This document shows positions 54,001 to 64,000 of a stretch of 64,000 bases of DNA, piece after piece. Source of the DNA: Tachypleus tridentatus (taxonomy: Eukaryota). The notes under the pieces are model-generated. The model was given only the letters and a program-made list of their open reading frames with translations. It ran no database searches and had not been told where the DNA came from. The stretch covers positions 230,377,567-230,441,566 of the forward strand of contig NC_134837.1 in the NCBI RefSeq assembly GCF_004210375.1, written 5' to 3'. The position numbers and the translations under genes were made by a program. Position 1 is the first letter of the stretch. The number at the start of each line of letters is the position of its first letter.

Positions 54001-55026
54001 ACTGTCCAATTTAATTGTTTTTAAATTTTTATAGGCCATTGGTCTTTTTAATTCTGTTTAAGTTTTTTTTAATCTGCTTTTGGAAATTTTTTGGTTTTTA
54101 ACTTGATTTATTTTTATCTTGTATAATATTTTGGTTTTGTATTTTTACAACTTGCTTGACAAATAATAGCCTCATTGTTTTGCATCAGTAAGCAACAATT
54201 AGTTAATCTGTTTTAGTTGGTGTTCTTATTGTATTGTTATATTTGAAAGCCATTGGACTCCATTCTAAAGACAGCAAGGGTCTCAAGTTGCTTCTTTTTG
54301 AATGCCTATTGATTCAACCAGTTTCATGATTTAGTGGCAATTTCAAATGTAAATGAAACAACCTGAATCCCCATGAGTAAGATAACCTTCCACTAAAGAT
54401 ACAAAATATTTCATTTCTCATACTTATTTGTGCCACCAACTATACATTGCTAGGTAAGCAGAAACCAGCCATAACAACCCTTTTCTTTGTACAAAGTGTG
54501 GTGAGGGCAAAGTGATATATTATTGAGGAAAATGTTTTCCCTCTGAGTGTCCTTAAGTAAAATCCTTATATAAGACTGGTTTGTACCACTAATTCTCTGT
54601 TGAATCTAGTTCTTCAAAAAATTTATTGTTTTTGATTCTACTTCAAACCTGCTTGACCAAATATTTATGTAACTGCTAAATATGTTATTTGTGATATCAT
54701 GTTCACGTAACTGTATTATTAGCATATGCAACTCATTCTTATATAGGGTTATTAATTCTTTTCCATTGCTCATACCTTTGTAAGAACACAGCACCAATAC
54801 ACACTGTGTGCACATCTATGTAAGGATATAACAATTATATCTGTAGCATACACACATATACATCTATAATAATACAGAAATTGCACTTATATTCACATGT
54901 AACACACATACTTCTGTTGAAACAAAAAAATGGTACGTGAAGGTAGCACACACTTCTAACAACATAGTAACTACATTCAAAATTTGCATATACATTTAAA
55001 AACATATTTTATAAAACTTTTTGTAG

Positions 55027-55187
55027 GTTCTTCGAGATATGGCCTCAGTAAGTGAGACAACAGGTTGGATGACAGAGGGACGACAATATGCAAAGTATCA
55101 AGCTCTTCGATGTCACATTACCTACCTGCATGAAAGTAGTGAAGAATATGAAAGAATTAAAGGCCATATCTTAGAATCACAAAAGAG
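55027..55187 (+). CDS. PARP4: PARP4-like exon 8: end of regulatory domain (VLRDMASVSETTGWMTEGRQYAKYQALRCHITYLHESSEEYERIKGHILESQK-)
   Basis: Acceptor tttttgtag| and donor AG|GTAGGA, leaving in phase 2. Aligns to human LIRDMVNVCETNLSKPNPPSLAKYRALRCKIEHVEQNTEEFLRVRKEVLQNHHSK. Confidence 0.88.
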
Positions 55188-56048
55188 GTAGGAAATGAAA
55201 ATACTTTGTAATGTAAAGAATGTGTCTGAACTTATGTGCAAGTCTCACAAGTGTAAACTCACATATAAGTGCTTTTACTTTTTGTTGCAGTGTAAAACAT
55301 TGTCACTGCTGTAATGATTACATTTATAATAGAACAAAAAAATTTGTTCTGCTGAAATGATTTCAGACTATGAATGAGTCATTCCATGTTAATTCAACCA
55401 TTGTGTGCTACATCACATTGCAACATTTTGTGGATTTTTTAAATGTTTATTCTTTGTTCTATTAATAGCAATTATGCAAAATGTAAGCATTTTATAAGAC
55501 TTTACTGAATAATATAAACTTAACATTTCTCATAACCTCTACTATAAAGCAGCCATAATTTGATAATTTGTTTAAGTTGTTGAAATTCTGTACATTTGTT
55601 TTGAAAAAGTAAGGTGAGGTGTGGCCCAAAGTTGAATTGACATGGAATGATTCAAGCAAACTTCAGGAGGTCTAACAAAAAAAAATACAAAAAAAATACA
55701 GTGCACCTATTTGAAGTAAATATAAATTCATAAATTTAAAAATGTATTTCAATAAAATATATATAACTGTATCTTTGACTGAAATTTAAATCTAGAATTT
55801 GTATGTTTATAGATTAACTTCAAAACTTGAGGTTATAAATAAAGTATTAAAAAATATATATCCGTAAATTTGTAAATAAGTTTTGGAACATGAAACATGA
55901 ATTGAGTAAGAAAGTGTGTGCTACAGTAACTGTGTAAAGTGTATAAATGATTGTATACCCAGTTTTTAAAAATTACAACTTTGTATTGCTGAGTTAATCA
56001 TGTTGTAAGACATTTGTGTATGATGCATATATAGAAGGAACTGAGGTC

Positions 56049-56306
56049 AATGGCCTAATGGTTACTGTGCTGGGATGGCAATCTAAACATTCATGGCTAA
56101 GCTTCCATCAACAAAAAATTTTACCCTTCACTTTGGAGACATGGTGCATTATATAAGAATGTTTAAACTCTTCTATTCAGTTAGGGTAGCAAAAAGTTGT
56201 TACTGGGTGCTGTTCAGTAATTGTCTTTTTATTAGTCTTAAGTGCTTAAAAATAAGGGTGGCTAGTGTAGATAACCCTCATTTAGCTGTGGACAAATTTT
56301 TAAAAC
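56049..56306 (+). mobile_element. tRNA-derived SINE, copy 2 (diverged)
   Basis: Shares the 3' tail GGTGGCTAGTGTAGATAACCCTCAT and the central block GGTAGCAAAAAGTTGTTACTGGGTG with the copy at 37553-37822. Putative TSD AGAAGGAA/AGAAGGTAA. Confidence 0.6.
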
Positions 56307-56510
56307 AAAGAAGGTAATTTCAATGGGATATAATTATTGTATGTGTTTTTGTACTCTAAAAGGTTTATAACATGTATGGTGACTAATTATTCTGCTAATA
56401 TATTTGTAAGTTGTTTGATACAAAACATCTTATCTTTCTGAAAAACATTGATATCATTTTGTAAGTAAAGATTTCTTGATTACAGCAGAAGTTTGTAATT
56501 ATCTTTCTAG

Positions 56511-56747
56511 GGATACTGGCATACAGGTCCACAACATCTTTTGTGTACAGAGAGATATAGAAACTGCAGAATTTTTCTATCATCTGTCTAATCACAAAGA
56601 ATTGTATCATGCCACACGTTCTGAAAACTTGGTGGGAATCTTGTCTCGGGGTCTTCATCCTCCAGTATCTGTACAAACTGAATATGATGAAAATCAGACA
56701 GATGTAGACATGTTAGGAGCAGGAATATATTTTGCTGATTCTGCGAG
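56511..56747 (+). CDS. PARP4: PARP4-like exon 9: PARP catalytic domain part 1 (…ELYHATRSENLVGILSRGLHPPVSVQTEYDENQTDVDMLGAGIYFADSA)
   Basis: Acceptor atctttctag| and donor GCGAG|GTACTT. Phase 2 to 2. Aligns to human PLLHGSPVQNIVGILCRGLLLPKVVEDRGVQRTDVGNLGSGIYFSDS. The catalytic His and the nicotinamide-stacking Tyr are present. Confidence 0.9.
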
Positions 56748-57049
56748 GTACTTTTTGTTAAAGAAATAGTTAATTCAGATAAAAGAAAGTACTTGTGATT
56801 ATAACCTTCCTGTGCAACTAATGTCACAGACAGACAGTCTATTTTTCTTTATTTCAGAATTAATTAAGAAGAAATTGGTTAACACAGTGTAATGTATCAC
56901 TGTATTGATGAATCTGTAATTTAAGTTGGACAAGTTTTCAATGGATATGAACTATTTTCAGAGTTTTGTTAACAACAGTTACCATCTGTCTCTGAAACTT
57001 TTTCAAAATAGCATACTTATTCTCGTTAAAACATTATAGTTAATAAAAA

Positions 57050-57441
57050 CAGAGATATATGTAATGTACAAATTAATGCATGAAATAATAGATATTTAAA
57101 AGAAATTTCATGAATATAGGATATAAGAATAATTGGTACTTGTTATTGATTTCAGTACTTGCATAAAGTACTCTAACAGAGAGAGATATGTAATGTACAA
57201 ATTAATGCATGAAATAATATAGAGATATTTAAAATAAATTTCATGAATATGGGGTATAAGAATAATTGTAACTTGTTATTGATTTCAGTACTTGCATAAA
57301 GTACTCTAACAGAGAGAGATATGTAATGTACAAATTAATGCATGAAATAATATAGAGATATTTAAAATAAATTTCATGAATATGGGGTATAAGAATAATT
57401 GTAACTTGGTATTGATTTCAGTACTTGCATAAAGTACTCTG
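57050..57441 (+). repeat. Tandem array, 133-bp unit x about 3.0, spanning the intron-9/exon-10 junction; each unit carries a 3' splice site (…TTGATTTCAG|TACTTGCATAAAGTACTCT)
   Basis: TTTCAG ends at 57155, 57288 and 57421, with identical 20-nt downstream sequences. Only the third continues as the open exon-10 frame. The first two run into …AACAGAGAGAGATATGTAATG… with an in-frame TAG. Confidence 0.85.
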
Positions 57442-57605
57442 ACTTTTGCAAAGAACGAGGAACAAGATTTCTTTTGGTATGTAAAGTAGCTCTGGGCAAA
57501 ATTTATGAAACATACATGTTTGATACTACTCTGACATCTCCTCCAGAGGGTTTTGATAGTGTTCAAGGTGTTGGTAACTCTGAAATCAAGAAGTCTTATT
57601 TTATG
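57422..57605 (+). CDS. PARP4: PARP4-like exon 10: catalytic domain part 2 (STCIKYSDFCKERGTRFLLVCKVALGKIYETYMFDTTLTSPPEGFDSVQGVGNSEIKKSYFM)
   Basis: The acceptor is the third of three tandem tttcag| sites, at 57421. Donor ATG|GTAAGT. Aligns to human STSIKYSHPGETDGTRLLLICDVALGKCMDLHEKDFSLTEAPPGYDSVHGV. Confidence 0.88.
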
Positions 57606-60600
57606 GTAAGTGAAATAAATTATCTGACCTTTCATGATGAAAAAAACATTTACAGTCACGGTACATGCATGTTAGTTTCATTTTATTTTAGGGTATTTAT
57701 TTGAAGAGTTTGATTTAGCATATGTTTATGTTTTCATAAGAAATGGAATTAATTTTTCATTTTTAATGGAAGCAAATGTATTGGTACTTAATTCCACTGG
57801 ATACACTCTTGTTTATTGTAACAAACTGATCAAGTGTTAATTTCAATAATTATTTTAATTTGCTAATGATTTTTTATTGGAAACAAGTTATATTGACTTC
57901 TACTGGAATTTTATTATAATGAATTGACTTTATAATAACTTCTATGAGAAGTTATTAATCATTTATTGTTTGTATGTAATCTTGAACATATGTGAAAGCA
58001 TTGAATTTCAAAATAATAAACTGAGATAGGCTTGAATACCACCAGTTGTGGTCTGTGTACAGGTTTACAATTTGCATGTGAACTTTTTGGAGAGAGGGAC
58101 CCCACATTTTTGTAGGACCTTCTTATATGTTTAATAATTCACAATCTTTTTTTATATTTAATTATTTCTTAGATATTTACAAATATGATTTACTATGATA
58201 CCTTTGGTTAAGCCAATATTATAGTTTTTTCCTACAATACCTTCTTTTCAGAATGGGTTTTTCTTGTCACCCATTGCACTGTCTTATAGTGTTTGGTTCC
58301 TCAGGACCCACCACAGTGTTGTTCCACTTTATTCCATTGGGGTCCTGAAGTCCTTGCCACTTACCAGCTCCTAGCTGCTGGAGTGGAGCTCAGTGAAGGC
58401 TTCTTTCAGAGTGTGATCATTTCCATTCATTTGAGACTTGGGTGGTTGTGATCAGTTGATGTAGATGGTGAATACTCTCCTCCTACTGAGGAGCAGAACA
58501 CAAATTTTAATGCTGCCTGGTTTTGGACTAGATGAATCCACCATAAGCAGTTCACCCTTTCAGCTGGTTTTCCTCTCTCCTTTTGCTGCCTGAATGTTGA
58601 TTCCTAGGTGGTGTCTGGTTTTGATATGTTCTGACATCAAGCAAATAAACAAACAAAAAAAAAAAATTACATAAAAGCAGTATTTGTGTATAGAGATTAT
58701 GGTCTTGTAGTCATTGATGGAGATTTCTCCAAACTGAAAGTAAAACAACTACGGGTGAAATACTCAAAACTAATTTCATTTAAATTGTCACTAAATATCT
58801 TTAATGAAAGTAAAACAGATGAAGCACTCAAAACTAAGTGCATTTAAATTGTCACAAAGTAAGTTAATAAGTATACCCTTTTTACAATTTATTTCTGAAC
58901 AAACTGCAGAACCATTGTGATTAAAGGATTATAAAGTAGCATTCATTTCTCAAAACAAAATTGCTAACCAGTTACAAATACTCAAAAACCTAAAAAAGAT
59001 TGAATATAATGATGGAATATATCAACTTAGATGCAGTTGCAGTAAAATGTACATAGGATAAACAAGAAAGAAATTAAGAACAAGAATGAATGAACATCAG
59101 TTTTGTATAAAACATGGTAACATGCTGTAGTCAAACATTTCTGGATCTATGACAGTACTTATGACTCTAATAATGTAAAAGTTTTAAGATGCATACAGAA
59201 TAACACAGAAAGAAACTTGAGAGAAAGTATATACTTAATAACAGATACCTGTGTATAAGCAGAGGTCATTGGCCAATAAATGTCCCTTTAGAAGACCTGT
59301 TCATCATAAATATTCTAGCATATATGACTTACCTTCCCACATGTATCTTGATCTTGTTTTTTTCAAAAGCAAACTTTCCCAGTTGAAACTAAATTTTACT
59401 TAACTGATACTGTAGAATTTTACTTTGATGATGGTAAAACTAATTGGCTGTGAGTTATATTAAGTATTTGTACTTATCATTGTGCCAAAAAAATGTCGTT
59501 TGTTTGTTATTGTTGCTCTTAATAAACCAGAACATAAAACTGTCATAGAACAAGCCAGAATAAATCTTCCTACAACAGTATGCACAAAAATTGATGATGC
59601 TGTGTGACTTTGGACTTGTGTTAACCCACCACAACCAACAAAAATAAACATGGGACAGATGGAGTGAGGTCTCCTATGAGTTTGGCCTTAGACATTAGCA
59701 TATCTGACTCCATGGGGTTTCTTAGTATGTGTTTTCTGAAGAGTGCTCATTTAGGTAATTTTACCACCAGACCTTCCATCTTTTCAGTGTAGGATTGTAA
59801 CTATTATGCGAGTGGAGTTAAGGTGTTGTATTAGAATTAACATTTTACTGCACTGAAAATTTTTTTCTAGTTTGTACTTACTTCTTCTCACACTTTCCAT
59901 CTTTTCCACTTCCAGTGCATCTTTTTTTCCTCTAATCTTGAAATGCATATTGTGCTCTACAGTGCAATGACATTAATCTATACTGCAAGGGTGTGTTGCA
60001 TTCCTGTTGGTGAAGGGCTGTTGCATGCTCATTTGCATGCTACCGTGCAGCTATACCAGCTGTATACCACATGAAGTTAGGTAGGGTAGGAGTCTTTAAG
60101 GTAATGGCAAGTGACAACTGCACATATAAAAGGCAACACAAATCAAGGAAAGCTGTTATGGGAGGAGAGGTAAGTATTTATTGGAAATACATTTCCATTG
60201 TAGGAAAATGTTAACTTTGTAAAGCATTGGTGAGATGTGAATTTATGCTATGTGAAAATTAAGAAACTAAAATTAAAAGCCCTTTAACACAATATAAATT
60301 AGCACTATGGAAATATTGGGCTCTTATTAATCATTGTGCTCAATAATTGACAGCATTTAACTAATGGATTATTATCCACCTGTCTGAAAACAAAAACCTG
60401 TTCTTTTAAAGAAACTTGACAGATAAAGTACCATATCATTATTCAGGCAATACAAACCAACATAAAATATGTTGGAAGTACAATAAAATCACTGAGCACA
60501 TACACTGGTATTACTCAGTAATCAACATCCATGAAGAATGTTGGAAATACATAGGCACTTCAAAAGTGTTAAAGCAGCAGCATTTATGATATGAATGTCT

Positions 60601-60789
60601 TTTTAAGTTGGTGAAACGTAATTATAATTAATTAGACATTACTTGTAGTTTTTCAACACATCATATTATATCTAGCCCCTTAGGGATTTTTAAGAATTAG
60701 AAGTGTACTAGTGAAGCTATGGGTCTATGGTCTACATTCAGAGGATTGCTGTAGTGCAAGTTTTAATGCTTTTTGCAAACCAAGTTAAG

Positions 60790-61055
60790 ATGCCTACTTA
60801 TTTACATGCTATAATGTAAATGAATACCAAATTTGAAACCTACATTTGGGAAATCTTTATAAAAGTGGAATCACTAAGAGGTTGGGTGAAAAGCTTTACC
60901 TTTGTGCAAACATTATGACAGAGATGATTTATATAGCACCATTTAGAAGTTGTTGGATCCAGCAGTTTAGGAAAAGAGATTTCTGGGAAATCCCCACTTT
61001 CCCCAAGGGATGGATTGAAGACTTTTACATTTGTGCAAACCTCTAGGCCAAAATA
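60790..61055 (+). repeat. Interspersed repeat family X, copy 2
   Basis: See 45995-46340. Confidence 0.55.
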
Positions 61056-61888
61056 TATATTTTCTTCTCAAGAAAATTTTAAAGGACATGCAGTCCTTCA
61101 GCAGTGAGAGAACCAGGATCACTGCTGCATACAGTACAGCATGCAGCTGAAGTTGTGTTTGTATCTGTGTCTTGCAAGGTAGCTACTTCTATCGTGCTTT
61201 TGGATACACTGTATCAGGTAAGAACCACCTGAGTGAGAGCTCAGTCATCTCTTGCCATTGTGCTGATATATACAATCCTTCAGATAACAGTGAGAAATTG
61301 ACTTATTATTTGAGAATAATATTGCAAATAATTCTTAGGGTAACTCTGTTGTTCACATACTTGTCTTATGACATAAACATTATTTATCTTGTAGGGGAAA
61401 TAGTCACTTACATTTAGATTTTCTTGGGCAATTTAATTTTTTAGTGGTCACACAAGTTAGTCCAGGAAAATCTTTTGGTTAGTCTCAACCTTTTTGGTGG
61501 ACAATGGCAAATGGACCACCATTAATTTTGACCTGTGTATATAATTGTTTGAATTGATCAAATCTTCCATAATGCAGATTTTATTGATGTCATCTAAGAT
61601 GCAGCTTATAAGTATTTCTAAGCCTTCACACCACTAATATGACTTGAGAACCTATCAATACAAGCATAAAGGAATTCTCCAGTTATATCTGTAGGAAGAT
61701 CAGAAACAACAAATAAGATATACATGTGCAAATTTAAGTTATTTTGAAAAGTTTTTGATGAACAAGAAATATAAAAAGAAATAATGTGATTTAATTTTCA
61801 AACCACAATTGAAATAATCTGATATAGTTATTGCCCTGATTTTATATAAATCTAATTAAAATTTTTTTTTCATGTTTTGTTGTTTCAG

Positions 61889-62069
61889 GACAATGAATTT
61901 GTTGTGTATGATAAAAATCATCAACAGCTGTGTTACTTAGTGGAGTTTTCCATACCAGAGGAACAGAGTTTAATTTCTATGGACTTATATTTCTATAGAT
62001 GTGATGTTAAAGATGCGTTTTTATGTAAATTGCCATTTGATGAAAAAGAAATATTTGAGTACAATACTA
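61889..62069 (+). CDS. PARP4: PARP4-like exon 11: catalytic domain part 3 with catalytic Glu (DNEFVVYDKNHQQLCYLVEFSIPEEQ…)
   Basis: Acceptor gttgtttcag| and donor ACTA|GTAAGT, leaving in phase 1. Aligns to human DDEFVVYKTNQVKMKYIIKFSMPGDQ. The catalytic Glu of the E-F/Y-V-V-Y motif is conserved. Confidence 0.88.
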
Positions 62070-62477
62070 GTAAGTATTATTTAATTATTATTATTATATA
62101 TTCTTTGTTCACTACAACAAAACTTTACTGTAATTTGATATTTAATTTATGAAGGATCTCATGAATTTAATTTCATTCAGTAATTTCTGATGTACTACAT
62201 TCTTGTGGACTTCTGAAATACTGTTTTTCATTATTGAATAAACACATTATATTTTCTTCAAGATCTGAAGTTCGTAGTGGTAAGGATATTGGTTTTGTTT
62301 CTTTTTAGCTACTGAAATATCTAAGACAGTGTCTTTGTTATAATTATCCAGAAATTTCATTATTAAAGCCACTCTTTTCCCTAGATGTCCATTGATAACT
62401 CTTAGAAAGGCTTTGTTTTTATATCCAAATACTGAATCTCAGTTCTTCTTTCTTTGAAATGTGCTTTTGTTTTCTAG

Positions 62478-62620
62478 ATATTGATGATGTCAGTAATGTC
62501 GAAGATTCATTGACTAAGGTGACTGTTGGTCTACAGATGTTAGATTCTTCAGGTCAGCAATTATCTCTGCCTCTTCAAACAGTTCATGTTCGAGCTCAGA
62601 TGTTTGACTTAGTGTCTAAG
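62478..62620 (+). CDS. PARP4: PARP4-like exon 12: start of VIT domain (NIDDVSNVEDSLTKVTVGLQMLDSSGQQLSLPLQTVHVRAQMFDLVSK)
   Basis: Acceptor ttttgttttctag| and donor AAG|GTTTGT. Phase 1 to 0. Aligns to human GLQDASGNLVPLEDVHIKGRIIDTVAQV, the VIT domain N-terminus. The gene continues beyond 64000. Confidence 0.85.
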
Positions 62621-64000
62621 GTTTGTTTATGTTTCTCACATGCTTCTTTTCAAGTTGATTTGCCTTAATGTTAAAGAAGAAAGAATAGTTTTTCATGTTA
62701 AACAACAGTTTTTAAGTTGTTTGTTAAGGTTGAAGAACAGTACATTGTATGATTTGAAGAACAGTTTTTCTTCCAAGTTTAAGGATAGTTATTATAATTT
62801 AATTAATCTTTAAGAATGGTTGTTTTCAGAATGGTTTAAGATGCATGTCTGAATAACACTTTTTTCAGTTGAAGAATGTCTTTTTTTACTAGTTGATGAA
62901 AAGCTGGTTTCAAGTCATCATTCTTTAAGAAATTTTATCAAATTAAAAACAGTTTTTATCATTTTAATTAGTGTTCAAGAACACTTTTTGTTATGATAGT
63001 TTATAATTTAAATTTATATTCAGGTTGAGTTTAAGTGATTTTTATTGTTATTAGTGAATGCTATTTTCAAAGAGAAGAAAGTGGATTAAATTGTCTAAAG
63101 AAAACTTAGTAAAAGGATAGAAAGACTACATTTCAATCTACTGAAGTGTTTTGTCAGGTTACATATCTGTTTTCTAGCTTGTTTTTACATGCTAAATAAA
63201 ATTTTTTATTTGTTCTTAGGATTTGTTCATTGCTCCTAGAGAATTTGAATTCACAATCATATAGTTTCTGTACGTAATTTCTGTTTAATCTGTTTCTGTT
63301 TAATCATTCTGTCTCTAATATGTTTACGTTCTTTGAATTTATTTTGCATTGTTGTTTTTGTTATCAATATTCTAAAGTTGTTTTAGTTATAGTGGCTTCC
63401 AGAGTCAATGGCATGCTATGGTGTGGCTAGATTTGTGTATTCATGAAAAGGTTGTTTCTTTATTCACAACTCCTACTGTAGGATTCTATTTATGAAAAAA
63501 TTACTTTTAGTTGTTATGTCTTCTCACTTTTTAAGAAGTATCATTCCAGATTTAAATCTATTTTGAGATTTGTAAGACTTGAATTTAAAGCACTTGTCTT
63601 TTTCTTAACTTCCTGAAGCATTAGTGGTGAGATGATAACCTTGTAGTATGTAACATGAATTTTCTCAACCCAAATGAGCTGTTTTACATGTATATTTTTC
63701 TCTACAAGTGGGTTTTCTTGACATCACTGAATATACATGAGTTCATCTACACATTTGCACGTTAAATATTTGCACCATAATTTTTGATACATCATGTGTG
63801 TTTTCACAAAATTTGGTGAACTTTTAGTAAAAATTACAACTCACTGAAATCTATATTTGGATGTGCTATTTTAATATTTACTCTTAAATTAAGAAATTAA
63901 CTTGTGTATAATATTAAAGTTTGAACTATTATCTACAATTTGATTTTAAACTTATTGAAATAAATTCATAAAATAGTAATTCAATAAAATTTCAAATGCA

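Noticed and set aside
56476-56510. Upstream in-frame extension of exon 9 (MITAEVCNYLS…) suggested by the ORF track, implying an acceptor at 56485
   Set aside because: Joining phase-2 exon 8 to acceptors at 56485 or 56488 gives an immediate in-frame TAA. Only the acceptor at 56510 (atctttctag|) preserves the frame and the PARP catalytic alignment.
63190-63300. Candidate next exon after acceptor ttgttcttag| at 63219
   Set aside because: The frame entering from exon 12 (phase 0) hits TAG after 14 codons. There is no similarity to the VIT continuation (…VIVFQTYTNKSH…). The next real exon is probably beyond the window.
1-64000. Prokaryote-style features (operons, CRISPR arrays, RBS, rho-independent terminators)
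   Set aside because: The sequence is unmistakably eukaryotic: GT-AG introns interrupting a conserved metazoan protein, SINEs and LINEs, and about one-third GC. None of these feature classes apply.

Overview
This is AT-rich eukaryotic (metazoan) genomic DNA, not prokaryotic. A single protein-coding gene dominates the window: a vault poly(ADP-ribose) polymerase (PARP4-like) on the + strand. I reconstructed 12 exons by eye from about 4.8 kb to 62.6 kb. They encode an N-terminal BRCT domain, a PARP alpha-helical regulatory domain, a PARP catalytic domain with H-Y-E intact, and the start of a VIT domain. The gene continues past the right edge of the window. Introns are long (up to 12 kb) and full of transposable elements and tandem repeats:
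- three copies of one non-LTR retrotransposon (LINE) family
- a Tc1-like DNA transposon with long IR/DR-type terminal inverted repeats
- a pogo/Tigger-like element
- a Penelope-like element with RT and GIY-YIG domains
- two tRNA-derived SINEs
- two copies of a 1.6-1.9 kb repeat carrying a conserved repetitive ORF
- a local segmental duplication inside intron 5
- several minisatellites

Most interesting is a 133-bp tandem array that duplicates the 3' splice site and first 20 nt of a catalytic-domain exon, creating two decoy acceptors with in-frame stops. A minisatellite seeded at the donor of exon 6 and a SINE with clean target-site duplications plus a paralogous empty site are also notable. 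I found no rRNA genes, standalone tRNA genes, CRISPR arrays or operon-like structures. All coordinates come from manual reading and are approximate for repeat boundaries.
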